From an uncultured bacterium (GTDB taxonomy: Bacteria; Verrucomicrobiota; Kiritimatiellia; RFP12; UBA1067): a DNA stretch of 64,000 nt. This document shows, piece by piece, positions 9,297 through 18,340 of this stretch (within the stretch, counting starts at the first letter, position 1; the number at the start of each line of letters is the position of its first letter). The translations under genes were made by a program, and so were the position numbers. The DNA lies in assembly GCA_902776615.1 (NCBI GenBank), contig CACYQU010000001.1, positions 10,411 to 74,410 of the forward strand. Direction: 5' to 3'. The notes under the pieces are model-generated. The model made no database searches, was not told where the DNA came from, and saw nothing but the letters and a program-made list of their open reading frames with translations.

Positions 9297-11393
9297 GTGA
9301 AGAAACCGCTGACAGCTGCCGTTGTCGCACTGGCCGCGTCGGTCGTTCTGGCCGATGGCGAAAGCGAGCTTGACGTCGCGCGCGAGGCTTTGCGCGACGG
9401 CCTCTGGGAGGTGGCTCGGGTCCATGCCGCAAAAGCCGGCGGAGAAGACGGACGGCTTGTCGTGCTTGAAAGTCTTGCGCGCGAGGGGCGTTGGCCCGAC
9501 GTGCTGAAATCATTGGACGAATGGGGAAATCCCGGCAGCGAAGGATTTTTGTGCTACAAAGCCGCTGCGCTTTTCCACACAGGCGATGTTGCGGCGGCAG
9601 ACGGCATCGTTTCCAAAAAGGAATTCTCGCTGCCGCAATTTGTCCGCGCCTCGTCAATGATCAAGGCCAGGATCGCGCTTGCAAAAGGCGACGCCAAGGG
9701 GGCTCTTGGCGCATTGTCCAAATCTGACGACGGCGATGTCGAGATGGAGATGCTCAAGGCCGACGCTCTTGCCGCGAATGGCGACACGGTTGGCGCAAAA
9801 GCGATTTGGCGCAAGGCGTTCGCCGCAGCCGATTCGTCGGAAAGCATAAAGGTCGACGCCGCTGCGAAGCTTGGGGATGTCGCCGTCTTGCGGAAGGCGT
9901 ACAAAGTCGTCGTGTCGCCCGAACTCCGCAGGCTTTGCGGATTTCATCTGGGCGTGTCTCTGCTCAAAGACGGCAAGACTTTCGACGAGGGCGCCAAGAC
10001 GATTTCGAAGCTTGTCAAGGATTCGCCAGACGCTGACGGCGCAAAGGATGTTTTCCTCGCATTGGCCGACGCCCGTCTGGATCGCGGCGAATGGTCCGCG
10101 GCAAATCAGATATACACCGAGGCTGTCGAAACATGGCCGGATATAGTAAAGGACGCGTCGTTCCAGGAAGGCCGCGGGTGGGCGCTTTCCAAGCTCGGCC
10201 GGGACGAGGAGGCGCTTCTGGCTTTCGATCGCGCGGCGGAGCTGTCCACGAACCGTTCGGAAAAGGCGGCCGCGCTGGTAAAGGCCGGCGATGCTCTCGT
10301 GGCGCTTGGCCGGGGCGCCGAGGCGATTGAGCGATACAGAACCGTTCGAAGGGATTATTCCGACACGGAGGCGGCGGCAAAGCTTGCCGACATATTGCGC
10401 ATTCAGGAACTGGAGGACGAGGGGCGCACACTTTATTCGCAATATCGATTCGCCGATGCGCAAAAAGTCTTTGAACGGATTGCCCTGGAGGATTTGTCGA
10501 GGCGTTCGCGAATGACCTATTACATCGTTCTTTGCCTGTATGGGCAGGGCCGCGACGAAGAAGCCGAAAAAAAGGCGCGGTCGCTCGCCGAAGATGAAAC
10601 GGTTCCTCCCGACACAAAAGGCGCCGCCGTGTTGTGGCTGGCCAAACTTGCGTACAACAAGTCGAAATGGAAGGAGTCGGCGGCGCTGTTTTCCGATTAT
10701 GCGGAACTGCTGCCCAAATCGCAGGATGCCGCCGCCGCGCTTGTGTGGTCCGCGCGTGCATCGTTCGCCGCGAGCGACTACCAGAAAGCCATCGCCACCG
10801 TCGGAACGCTTGTCGCCAACTATCCCGAATCGGAGGCCAATGCCGCCGGACTTATCGTCCAGGGCGAGACGTTGATAGAGCTGGCGCGTTTTGACGAGGC
10901 GGTGTTGATTCTAGAGCGCGCTTCGCTGTCGCCCGGCTGTACGTCGTCGGACAGGCTCCGTTCCCAGATTTTGCGTGCGGATGCGCTGTTTGCGATGGGC
11001 GCGGACAATTCGGAGCGTTATCTTGCCGCGCTTGAAGCATATCGGACGATTCTCCTCGGCGAGAATCTTACGCCTGCGCAGAGGCTTTCGCTGTCGTTCA
11101 AAATCGGAAAGACATTCGAGCGGCTTAAACGCATGGACGAGGCGATCGACCAGTACTATACCCAGGTGGTTCTTGCCTACAGAGACGGACGGAAGAAGGG
11201 TCTGAAGTACGACGATGTCGCAAGGGCCGACTTTGCCCGGGCGGCTTTTCGCCTTGCCGAGGAATGCGAAAGCCGCGGCCGCGACGATCAGGCCGTAAGC
11301 GTTCTCAAGCTGGTTGCAAAAAGCGACGTCCCCGCCGCGGCGGAGGCGTCGCGCAGGATCAATAGCATAAAAAGCAAAGGAAAGTTCCTATGA
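9297..11393 (+). CDS. Secreted/periplasmic tetratricopeptide-repeat (TPR) protein
   Basis: GTG start directly abuts the era stop. A signal peptide (MKKPLTAAVVALAASVVLA) is followed by about 650 aa of Ala/Leu-rich helical repeats. Confidence 0.75.
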   Translation: MKKPLTAAVVALAASVVLADGESELDVAREALRDGLWEVARVHAAKAGGEDGRLVVLESLAREGRWPDVLKSLDEWGNPGSEGFLCYKAAALFHTGDVAAADGIVSKKEFSLPQFVRASSMIKARIALAKGDAKGALGALSKSDDGDVEMEMLKADALAANGDTVGAKAIWRKAFAAADSSESIKVDAAAKLGDVAVLRKAYKVVVSPELRRLCGFHLGVSLLKDGKTFDEGAKTISKLVKDSPDADGAKDVFLALADARLDRGEWSAANQIYTEAVETWPDIVKDASFQEGRGWALSKLGRDEEALLAFDRAAELSTNRSEKAAALVKAGDALVALGRGAEAIERYRTVRRDYSDTEAAAKLADILRIQELEDEGRTLYSQYRFADAQKVFERIALEDLSRRSRMTYYIVLCLYGQGRDEEAEKKARSLAEDETVPPDTKGAAVLWLAKLAYNKSKWKESAALFSDYAELLPKSQDAAAALVWSARASFAASDYQKAIATVGTLVANYPESEANAAGLIVQGETLIELARFDEAVLILERASLSPGCTSSDRLRSQILRADALFAMGADNSERYLAALEAYRTILLGENLTPAQRLSLSFKIGKTFERLKRMDEAIDQYYTQVVLAYRDGRKKGLKYDDVARADFARAAFRLAEECESRGRDDQAVSVLKLVAKSDVPAAAEASRRINSIKSKGKFL

Positions 11394-11992
11394 CGATTTC
11401 AGGAGGACCTGTTTTCTGGCTGCTGCTGGTCATGGCCGTCGCAGCGCTCATAGTTTTCATGGAAAGATTCTTCGAGCTGAGACGCGCCCAAATCGATTAT
11501 CAGGACTTTGTGAAGGGGATAGCAAACATTCTTTCGCGCGGCAACGAGGACGAGGCCATAGCGATGTGCGAAGATGCATCGGTTCCCGTCGCCCGTATCG
11601 TCGCCACGGCCATACGCAACCGCAACGGATCCGAGAGTTCTTTGCGGGAGTCTGTCGATTCCCAGGGACGCGCCGAGGCGAGCTATCTCAACAGGCGGCT
11701 TGCGACTCTAGCCCTGATCGGAACGGCAGCTCCGCTTCTTGGACTGCTTGGCACGATCATCGGCTTCATCAAGACCATGCTCCTCGTGAATGCCGATGCG
11801 ATTGTATCCAGAGCGAATCTTGTCGGTGCGGCCATGGAGTCTCTGGTATCGGCTGCCGTCGGTCTTGCCGTGGCGGTTTCGGCTTCGGTGATGTTCGGCA
11901 TGCTGCGTCTCAGGATGGAGCGCCTTGTCGTCGAGATGGAGGCGGCCGCCAGCCAGATAGTCGGATATCTCACTTCGAAGGAGGGTGAATGA
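11390..11992 (+). CDS. MotA/TolQ/ExbB family proton-channel protein
   Basis: It has a 4-nt overlap with the TPR gene, three TM segments and the LGLLGTIIGFI motif. Confidence 0.85.
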   Translation: MTISGGPVFWLLLVMAVAALIVFMERFFELRRAQIDYQDFVKGIANILSRGNEDEAIAMCEDASVPVARIVATAIRNRNGSESSLRESVDSQGRAEASYLNRRLATLALIGTAAPLLGLLGTIIGFIKTMLLVNADAIVSRANLVGAAMESLVSAAVGLAVAVSASVMFGMLRLRMERLVVEMEAAASQIVGYLTSKEGE

Positions 11993-12465
11993 AATCCGCC
12001 TGGAACTGGATGCCGGATCTTCCGGAAGGCATGTGGCGCCATGTGCCGGCGTGGCTTCGTCCGTTTTACGACGCGGTTCCGTGGATAACCGTGGGGACGC
12101 TTCTTTTGATGATGTACATGATAGGCGGAACCATGACCAAGGCCGAAGGTGTCGTATTCAACCTTCCTGAGGGCGGCTTGGGTGACGGCGAAGCGACTTC
12201 CCTCGTGGCGCTTGTCATACCTCTTCAAGGCGATATCTGCGTGTTTTTTGACGATGCAAGGTATTCGCTCGATGACGACGCGTCGACAGCTTCCCTCGGC
12301 GAACATCTTGCCGATCGCGCCGCAAAGGTGGATGTCAAGTCGTTGCTTGTGCTTTCCGACAGAAGGGTTCCGTGCGAGGCCGTCATGAAGATGGCTTCTA
12401 TCGCGCGAACGGGCGGATTGGAGCGGATACTGGTTGCGAACAAGTCGGAGTCTTCCGTGGAATGA
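11989..12465 (+). CDS. ExbD/TolR family biopolymer transport protein (with N-terminal extension)
   Basis: It has a 4-nt overlap with the preceding gene. The single TM has a conserved Asp (PFYDAVPWITV), followed by a periplasmic ExbD-like domain. Confidence 0.7.
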   Translation: MKSAWNWMPDLPEGMWRHVPAWLRPFYDAVPWITVGTLLLMMYMIGGTMTKAEGVVFNLPEGGLGDGEATSLVALVIPLQGDICVFFDDARYSLDDDASTASLGEHLADRAAKVDVKSLLVLSDRRVPCEAVMKMASIARTGGLERILVANKSESSVE

Positions 12466-12938
12466 GAGTCGCAGCGTACAGGCCAAGGCGGAAAATCCGC
12501 AGCGAAATCTTGCAGTTGTCGATTGCGATGGTTATTCCTGCGATTGTATTCGACGCTTTTCCGTACAAGGCGTTGAGACCTGTTGCGGATTCTGCGGCGA
12601 AAGACGAGGCGCGTCCTGCGACGTGTGCATTCGTCTCTCTCTCTCCGGATGACGAGCGTCGTATTCTCGCCGTCGCCAGATCCGCATGGCATGTCGATGC
12701 GGAAAGTGTGCGCAGCCTAAGGCTGGAGATGTTTGTCGACGAGATACCCGATGTTGCACTGCCGCCAGTTGCGGATATATCCGTCAGAAAGCGCAATGTG
12801 CGCAACTTGCCCTTGCCCGACAGAGTCGATTCGCCGCCCACCGACATGCGCGCGGCGGAGCCTGGCGCGCTGGACGGCAATCCGCGGGATACGGCGGCTT
12901 CGGCTGCGTTCACGCGTGAAGAGCTTTTGAATCTGTAG
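12462..12938 (+). CDS. Hypothetical membrane-anchored protein in the TonB/TolA position
   Basis: An ATGA overlap joins it to the exbD-like gene. It has one TM (LQLSIAMVIPAIVF) and a Pro-containing tail, with no recognisable TonB C-terminal domain. Confidence 0.55.
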   Translation: MRVAAYRPRRKIRSEILQLSIAMVIPAIVFDAFPYKALRPVADSAAKDEARPATCAFVSLSPDDERRILAVARSAWHVDAESVRSLRLEMFVDEIPDVALPPVADISVRKRNVRNLPLPDRVDSPPTDMRAAEPGALDGNPRDTAASAAFTREELLNL

Positions 12939-12964
12939 TCACCTCAAGAGGAAAGGATTGCAAA

Positions 12965-13573
12965 ATGACACAAGATGAAGTATTGGAATCGTTCAGGAGC
13001 ACGGGTGCGTTGCTGGAGGGCCATTTCGAACTGCGCTCAAAGCTGCACTCGAACCGCTATTTCCAGTGTGCCAACGTTCTCAGGTATCCGCGCGTGGCGG
13101 CGAAGCTCTGCGACGCGCTTGTCGGGAAGGCGAAGCTCTCGTGCGACTTGACGGATATCGACGGCGTGATATCGCCTGCCGTGGGCGGCATTCTCGTGGG
13201 ACACGAAGTCGCGCGCGCTCTTGACGTGAAATGCGTGTTCGCCGAGAAGGTGCAGGGCGAAGGTGTGGACGCCGGCGGGAAGCCGAATACGGTTCTTGCC
13301 ATGCGTCGCTTCACTCTCAAGCCGGGCGAGAGGTATGTAGTGGCGGAGGATGTTGTCACAAAGGGAGGCCGCGTGCAGGAGACGATAGATCTCGTCAAGG
13401 CGGCAGGATGCGAGGTGGCGGCGGTCCTGCTGCTCGTCGACAGGTCGGGCGGATCCGTTTCGTTTGACGGCATTCCAATGGTTTCGCTCATGCAGATGAC
13501 GCCCGAAACGTGGAGTGCGCAGGAATGCCCGATGTGCAAGGCCGGGGGGCATCCGGTGCATCCTGGCTCGTAA
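12965..13573 (+). CDS. pyrE: Orotate phosphoribosyltransferase
   Basis: The PRPP-binding loop VVAEDVVTKGG is present along with the N-terminal pattern GHFELRSKLHS..YF. Confidence 0.9.
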   Translation: MTQDEVLESFRSTGALLEGHFELRSKLHSNRYFQCANVLRYPRVAAKLCDALVGKAKLSCDLTDIDGVISPAVGGILVGHEVARALDVKCVFAEKVQGEGVDAGGKPNTVLAMRRFTLKPGERYVVAEDVVTKGGRVQETIDLVKAAGCEVAAVLLLVDRSGGSVSFDGIPMVSLMQMTPETWSAQECPMCKAGGHPVHPGS

Positions 13574-13583
13574 GGCCGTGATT

Positions 13584-13592
13584 TGGTATAAT
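13584..13592 (+). promoter_or_regulatory. Extended -10 promoter element TGGTATAAT (nusB-ribD-ribE)
   Basis: Exact TGGTATAAT in an intergenic region. Confidence 0.6.
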
Positions 13593-13624
13593 TTGTCCAT
13601 GGCACAAGGCAGAAGGCAGAACAT

Positions 13625-14077
13625 ATGACAGTGACAAGAAGACAGGCTCGCGAATGGGCGATACAGATGCTTACCGCCGCGGACATCAACCCGCCGGACG
13701 ACATTCCTGCTTTTATCGCTTTGCAGTGGGAGCAGCTCGGTACGCTTGAGCAGGATTTTGGCGGCCCCGCGAAGGCGAAGGGAAAGATCAAGTCGTTTAC
13801 GGAAGAACGCGTCGTCGGCGTGCTGGGTGCGTTGAGCGAGCTCGACAAGGTTATCGCTTCGCATCTTGACAATTGGGACATCTACCGGCTGGGAACGGTC
13901 GAGCGCGCGGTGCTGAGGCTTGGCGTTTGGGAAATTGCGCACAGCGATGTTCCTGCGCCGGTCGTGATCAACGAGGCGATAGATTTGGTGAACTGGTTTT
14001 CAAGCCCGAAGTCGCGTACGCTTGTAAACGCCGTGCTGGACAAATTCGCCAAGTCGCGCAACGGACAAAATGACTGA
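13625..14077 (+). CDS. nusB: Transcription antitermination factor NusB
   Basis: NusB pattern is present (RRQAREWAIQML; VERAVLRLGVWE; VVINEAIDL.K.F). Confidence 0.9.
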   Translation: MTVTRRQAREWAIQMLTAADINPPDDIPAFIALQWEQLGTLEQDFGGPAKAKGKIKSFTEERVVGVLGALSELDKVIASHLDNWDIYRLGTVERAVLRLGVWEIAHSDVPAPVVINEAIDLVNWFSSPKSRTLVNAVLDKFAKSRNGQND

Positions 14078-15128
14078 CTCCGACTATCTGATTCGCGCCG
14101 CACGGCTCGCTGCGCGCGGACTGGGACATACGCGGCCCAATCCTGCAGTCGGTGCCGTAATAGTCAGGGACGGCGCCATTGTCGGAGAGGGCTGGCACAA
14201 AAAATGCGGCGGCGATCATGCCGAGGTCTCGGCCATCAAAAACGCCATGCGGCGCGGCGTTGGATCGCTCGCCGGCTCGACGATATATGTTACGCTCGAG
14301 CCGTGCTCCAAGCCAGGGCGCGTAGGTGCGTGCACGGACGCAATCGCCGAGGCCGGGATATCGCGCGTAGTATATGCGGTTCAGGATCCCAATCCCAAGA
14401 ACAGGGGCAAAGCCGCTCGCGCCCTCGCAAGACACGGTGTCGAATGCGAACGCTTCGCGGGCGACGCTGGCGTTGTTGCCGATTGCCGCAGTCTTGTGGC
14501 AGGCTTCCGCAAGCATGTTCTGACCGGTCTTCCGTATGTCACTGTCAAAATCGCGATGTCTCTCGACGGGAAAATATGCGACGACCGGGGCGGCTCTGAC
14601 TGGATTACCGGTGAATCGTCAAGACGCCGCACGAACCGGTTGCGCGAAAGCGTCGATGCCATCATGGTCGGCGCCGAGACGGTTCGCAGGGACAATCCTT
14701 CTCTGCTGGCGCGCGTCAAGCCGAACAAGGACTTGATTCGCGTCGTAGTGTCGCGCAGCGGCAGGTTGCCTGAAGACGCGCAGGTATTTACCGACAAACT
14801 GAATCAAACACTTGTCTTCGACGATGCGGAGAAGGCGCTTCGCGAGCTGGGCAGAATGGGCGTGACCAGCGTTCTGTGCGAAGGCGGTCTTGTGCTTGCC
14901 CGTTCTCTTGCCGATGCAGGCCTTGTTGACGAATGGATTGCTGCGATCGCCCCGGTCTTCATAGGCTCAAAACGCATTTCTTCCGCGATTCGCGGCACGA
15001 CGTTTCGCGGCGGATGCTTTCTGTCGGACGGCGATTCGTTCTTCACTGCCGGGCTCTCCGGCTTTGCGTCATGGTCCGGCGAGGGGTCCGGGATGAATTT
15101 CGGTTTCAACTGCAAATCCAAGGTCTAA
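14070..15128 (+). CDS. ribD: Bifunctional riboflavin biosynthesis protein RibD (deaminase/reductase)
   Basis: CDA zinc motifs HAEV and LEPC....G..G.C are present, with a C-terminal RibD reductase domain. It overlaps nusB by 8 nt. Confidence 0.9.
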   Translation: MTDSDYLIRAARLAARGLGHTRPNPAVGAVIVRDGAIVGEGWHKKCGGDHAEVSAIKNAMRRGVGSLAGSTIYVTLEPCSKPGRVGACTDAIAEAGISRVVYAVQDPNPKNRGKAARALARHGVECERFAGDAGVVADCRSLVAGFRKHVLTGLPYVTVKIAMSLDGKICDDRGGSDWITGESSRRRTNRLRESVDAIMVGAETVRRDNPSLLARVKPNKDLIRVVVSRSGRLPEDAQVFTDKLNQTLVFDDAEKALRELGRMGVTSVLCEGGLVLARSLADAGLVDEWIAAIAPVFIGSKRISSAIRGTTFRGGCFLSDGDSFFTAGLSGFASWSGEGSGMNFGFNCKSKV

Positions 15129-15131
15129 GCT

Positions 15132-15773
15132 ATGTTCACAGGATTGATACAGCGCATTGGAACGGTTAAACGTGTTTCGCACGGGTCGGGGCTTGTTCTT
15201 GAGATTGTTGCGGACAGACCGTGGACGAGACCGCTTGAGGAAGGGGAGTCTGTTTCCGTAAACGGCGTGTGCCTCACGGTTGTGAAATGCGACGGCTCGC
15301 GGTTCACGGCCGATGTTCTCCGCGAGACGGTTTCCCGCACGGGTCTTGGCGAACTTCTGCCTGGCTGCAAGGTGAATCTGGAGCGCGCGATTCGTGCCGG
15401 CGATGCGATGGGCGGCCACATAGTGCAGGGCCACATAGACTGTCGCGGCATGATCGCGGAGAAACTCCCCAAGGGGCGCGACTTCCAGCTGCGCGTAAAG
15501 TGCGGGCGTGTGCTTGCGGCGCAGTCGGTGCTCAAAGGGTCGATAGCAATCGACGGCGTTTCGCTTACTGTTTCCGCAATAGGCGACGACTGGCTGGGCG
15601 TGGATCTCATACCGACGACCGCGGCCGAAACGACGCTTGGTGCGAAGAAGGCAGGCGACCAGGTCAACCTGGAAGGCGATATTCTCGGCAAATATGTTGC
15701 AAAAAACCGCGTTACGCAAGGGCTTACGGAAGATAAACTTGCTGCCGCCGGATTCATAGACGATTGGCGGTAG
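15132..15773 (+). CDS. ribE: Riboflavin synthase (alpha chain)
   Basis: MFTGLIQ.IG is at the N-terminus and the lumazine-binding repeat is duplicated (SV.VNGVCLTV / SIAIDGVSLTV). Confidence 0.9.
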   Translation: MFTGLIQRIGTVKRVSHGSGLVLEIVADRPWTRPLEEGESVSVNGVCLTVVKCDGSRFTADVLRETVSRTGLGELLPGCKVNLERAIRAGDAMGGHIVQGHIDCRGMIAEKLPKGRDFQLRVKCGRVLAAQSVLKGSIAIDGVSLTVSAIGDDWLGVDLIPTTAAETTLGAKKAGDQVNLEGDILGKYVAKNRVTQGLTEDKLAAAGFIDDWR

Positions 15774-15790
15774 ACTCCTTTGCGGGGTTG

Positions 15791-15799
15791 TGGTATAAT
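15791..15799 (+). promoter_or_regulatory. Extended -10 promoter element TGGTATAAT (hybrid HK)
   Basis: Exact TGGTATAAT in an intergenic region. Confidence 0.6.
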
Positions 15800-15827
15800 A
15801 CTTCCAACTATGGGGGTATGCTTTTAA

Positions 15828-17660
15828 ATGGAGAATTACTTTTATTTTTATTCGGCGTTCGCTGTGCTGTCGTTGTTGGTGCACGTGATTGTCAATTGGC
15901 ACCAGCTTGTAAACTGGCGTAATCTTGATGTGCATGTCGGCGCGTTCGAGTACAGGATATTCCTTCTCTGTCTGCTGATATCCTTCGTGTCCGATGTCTT
16001 GTGGGGCATATGCGCCGAAATGAACATGCCGACTCTTCTCTATGCCGACACTTTTCTGTACTTCATAATGATGGCGTTGACGCTTTGCACATGGACGCGT
16101 TTTGTCGTGGTGTATCTCGGGATGACCGGTCCGATGCGGGCATGCATGCTCTGGGCCGGGCACCTGGTGCTTTCCTTCTTTGTTGTGGCGCTTGCGTTTA
16201 ACATCTTCAATTCTTGCCTGTTTAGCGTGGATGCGAATGGCGTGTATGGCACAGGGCCGTTGCGCAATTTGGCGCATATACTGTTGCTGGTGTTCAATGT
16301 GTACGGATCGATTCTGACGTTGGCTCGACTCATGTCCGCAAAGGGCAGAAGCCGTCGCCACAGCAAGATGGTATTCGCCTTCGGCGTTACAATGGCGATG
16401 TCGCTGTCGTTTCAGTTCTTCAACCCGCTGTTCCCGTACTATTCGATAGGATGCATTCTCGGATGCTGTCTGCTGCATGTGTTTCTGGTCGAGGAGATTC
16501 AAGAGGAAGAGCATCTAAACAAGATGCTTGCGCACACATGCGAGGCGCAGCTTGACGCCGAGCGCCAGGCCGCGAAGGCGAAGAGCCTGTTCTTTTCTAC
16601 GGTGTCGCACGACATACGCACGCCTCTCAACGCCATCATCGGTTTTTCCGATCTTTTGAACCAAGGCGTTCCCGACGAAGCGGAGCGCAAGAGTTACATA
16701 TCCTCGATTTACTCCAGCGGAAAGGTTCTTGCGCGTCTTGTGAACGACATGCTCGACCTCTCGAAGATGGAGTGCGGCAAACTGGAGATCATAAACGAGC
16801 CGACCGATGTGGTGAAGCTTGTGCGCGAAGTTGTCGCCGCGTGCGAGGTCGCCCGTGCCCGCAAGTCGCTTGCGCTCAAGACCGAAATCGGCGAAATCCC
16901 GATTCTCGACATAGACCCCCAGCGTATCAGGCAGATAATGTTCAACCTGCTGTCGAACGCATACAAGTACACCGACAGGGGTACGGTGACTGTTCGCGTG
17001 ACATGGCAGAACGACGGTACCCTTGCATTGTCCGTCGGCGACACGGGCAAGGGCATATCGAAGGAAAATCTCGTTCGCATACTCCAGCCGTTCGTCCAGG
17101 TTGTCGACAAGAACCACCGTGACGGAACAGGCTTGGGTCTTCCGATCTGCCACAGGCTTGCTTCGTTGATGGGTGGCGATTTGTCCGTCGAGTCCGAAGT
17201 GGATGTCGGGTCTACCTTTACTGTCACGCTGCGGAATGTCAAGATGGCGAAATCCGCTCCGGCTGCATCCGACAGCCAGACGGAAGGGGCGTGCCGTGTC
17301 GCTCGCGCGCCATCGCGCGTTCTCATCGTTGACGATTCCAAGGTCAACCGATCCGTCCTAAAGGCGCTCCTTGCAAAATGCGGAGTTCGCGACATGGTGA
17401 TGGCCGAAAACGGACGGGAGGCGATGGAGATTCTGGAACGCGATGCGAAGATAGACCTTGTTTTCTCCGATCTTTGGATGCCAGAACTGGACGGCTACGG
17501 GCTGATTCGCGCAATCCGCTCGAATGCAAAGTTCTTGCGTCTGCCGGTGTATCTGATAACAGCCGATGTCGAAGCGTGCAAGCAGACCAATGCCGCCGAT
17601 TTCACCGGTGTGCTTTACAAGCCTGTAACGCTTGAGAAGCTTAGGTCGCTATTCGGTTAA
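15828..17660 (+). CDS. Hybrid sensor histidine kinase/response regulator with multi-TM N-terminal sensor
   Basis: About six TM helices are followed by the H-box FFSTVSHDIRTPLN, HATPase G-boxes (DTGKGI, GTGLGL) and a C-terminal REC domain (VLIVDDS...DLWMPELDG). Confidence 0.9.
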   Translation: MENYFYFYSAFAVLSLLVHVIVNWHQLVNWRNLDVHVGAFEYRIFLLCLLISFVSDVLWGICAEMNMPTLLYADTFLYFIMMALTLCTWTRFVVVYLGMTGPMRACMLWAGHLVLSFFVVALAFNIFNSCLFSVDANGVYGTGPLRNLAHILLLVFNVYGSILTLARLMSAKGRSRRHSKMVFAFGVTMAMSLSFQFFNPLFPYYSIGCILGCCLLHVFLVEEIQEEEHLNKMLAHTCEAQLDAERQAAKAKSLFFSTVSHDIRTPLNAIIGFSDLLNQGVPDEAERKSYISSIYSSGKVLARLVNDMLDLSKMECGKLEIINEPTDVVKLVREVVAACEVARARKSLALKTEIGEIPILDIDPQRIRQIMFNLLSNAYKYTDRGTVTVRVTWQNDGTLALSVGDTGKGISKENLVRILQPFVQVVDKNHRDGTGLGLPICHRLASLMGGDLSVESEVDVGSTFTVTLRNVKMAKSAPAASDSQTEGACRVARAPSRVLIVDDSKVNRSVLKALLAKCGVRDMVMAENGREAMEILERDAKIDLVFSDLWMPELDGYGLIRAIRSNAKFLRLPVYLITADVEACKQTNAADFTGVLYKPVTLEKLRSLFG

Positions 17661-17665
17661 ACCCG

Positions 17666-17692
17666 GCGGGCGAGACGCGCGCTCTCCCAGTA
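17666..17692 (+). repeat. 27-nt dispersed repeat GCGGGCGAGACGCGCGCTCTCCCAGTA (copy 1)
   Basis: It is 26/27 identical to 25930-25956 in the same orientation and lies 6 nt after the hybrid HK stop. Confidence 0.8.
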
Positions 17693-17719
17693 ATATGACG
17701 ATGGCCGTAGGCCTTTGTT

Positions 17720-18340
17720 TCACCCTGTCACAAGCTGCATGTTGACGGCGAGTGACGCGGCTTCGGTGCGTGAGGTGACATCCATTCTGAGAAGTATCTT
17801 CTTGACGTGGTCCTTGACGGTCTCGAGCGAAACGCCGAGTATTTTCGCGATTTCCTTGTTTGAGAAGCCTTTTGCGACGAGATTCAGTATCTCTAGCTGA
17901 CGTTGCGACATTTCCGGTACTGAGCCCAGATCCTCGATGCTGTGCTGTATCTCGCCGCTTATGACACGTCTGCCCGACGCCACCATGCGTATTGCGTCGA
18001 TGATTTCGTTCTGCGACGAATTCTTGAGGAGCGCTCCTGTCGCGCCGCCGTCCATAGCTTTCTTTAGCTCCGCAGAAGAGCCGAAGGTGGTGAGGATGAG
18101 AATCTTTATGCTGCTGTCGGCTGAATGTATTTGCACCGTGGCGTCCGCGCCGCCGAGCCGGGGCATTTTGAGATCCATCAGTACGACATCGGGCTTCAGC
18201 TCTTTCGCGAGCCTTACGGCGTCAACGCCGTTGTCGGTTTCGCCCACTACCTCGATGTCCTTTTCGAAGGACAATATCGATGCAATGCCCATTCTGACTA
18301 CGAGGTGGTCGTCGGCCAGGAGAACTCTGATCTTTTTCAT
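17720..18340 (-). CDS. LuxR/NarL-family response regulator (REC + HTH)
   Basis: It has MKKIRVLLADDH and DLKMP motifs and a C-terminal LuxR HTH (LSQRQLEILNLVAKGFSNKEIAKILGVS). Its ATG forms an ATGA overlap with the upstream HK stop. Confidence 0.9.
   Translation of the reverse strand: MKKIRVLLADDHLVVRMGIASILSFEKDIEVVGETDNGVDAVRLAKELKPDVVLMDLKMPRLGGADATVQIHSADSSIKILILTTFGSSAELKKAMDGGATGALLKNSSQNEIIDAIRMVASGRRVISGEIQHSIEDLGSVPEMSQRQLEILNLVAKGFSNKEIAKILGVSLETVKDHVKKILLRMDVTSRTEAASLAVNMQLVTG

Noticed and set aside
15069-16514. 481-aa minus-strand ORF spanning ribE and the hybrid-HK 5' region
   Set aside because: It crosses an intergenic promoter region and is antisense to two well-supported genes. 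It has no motifs.
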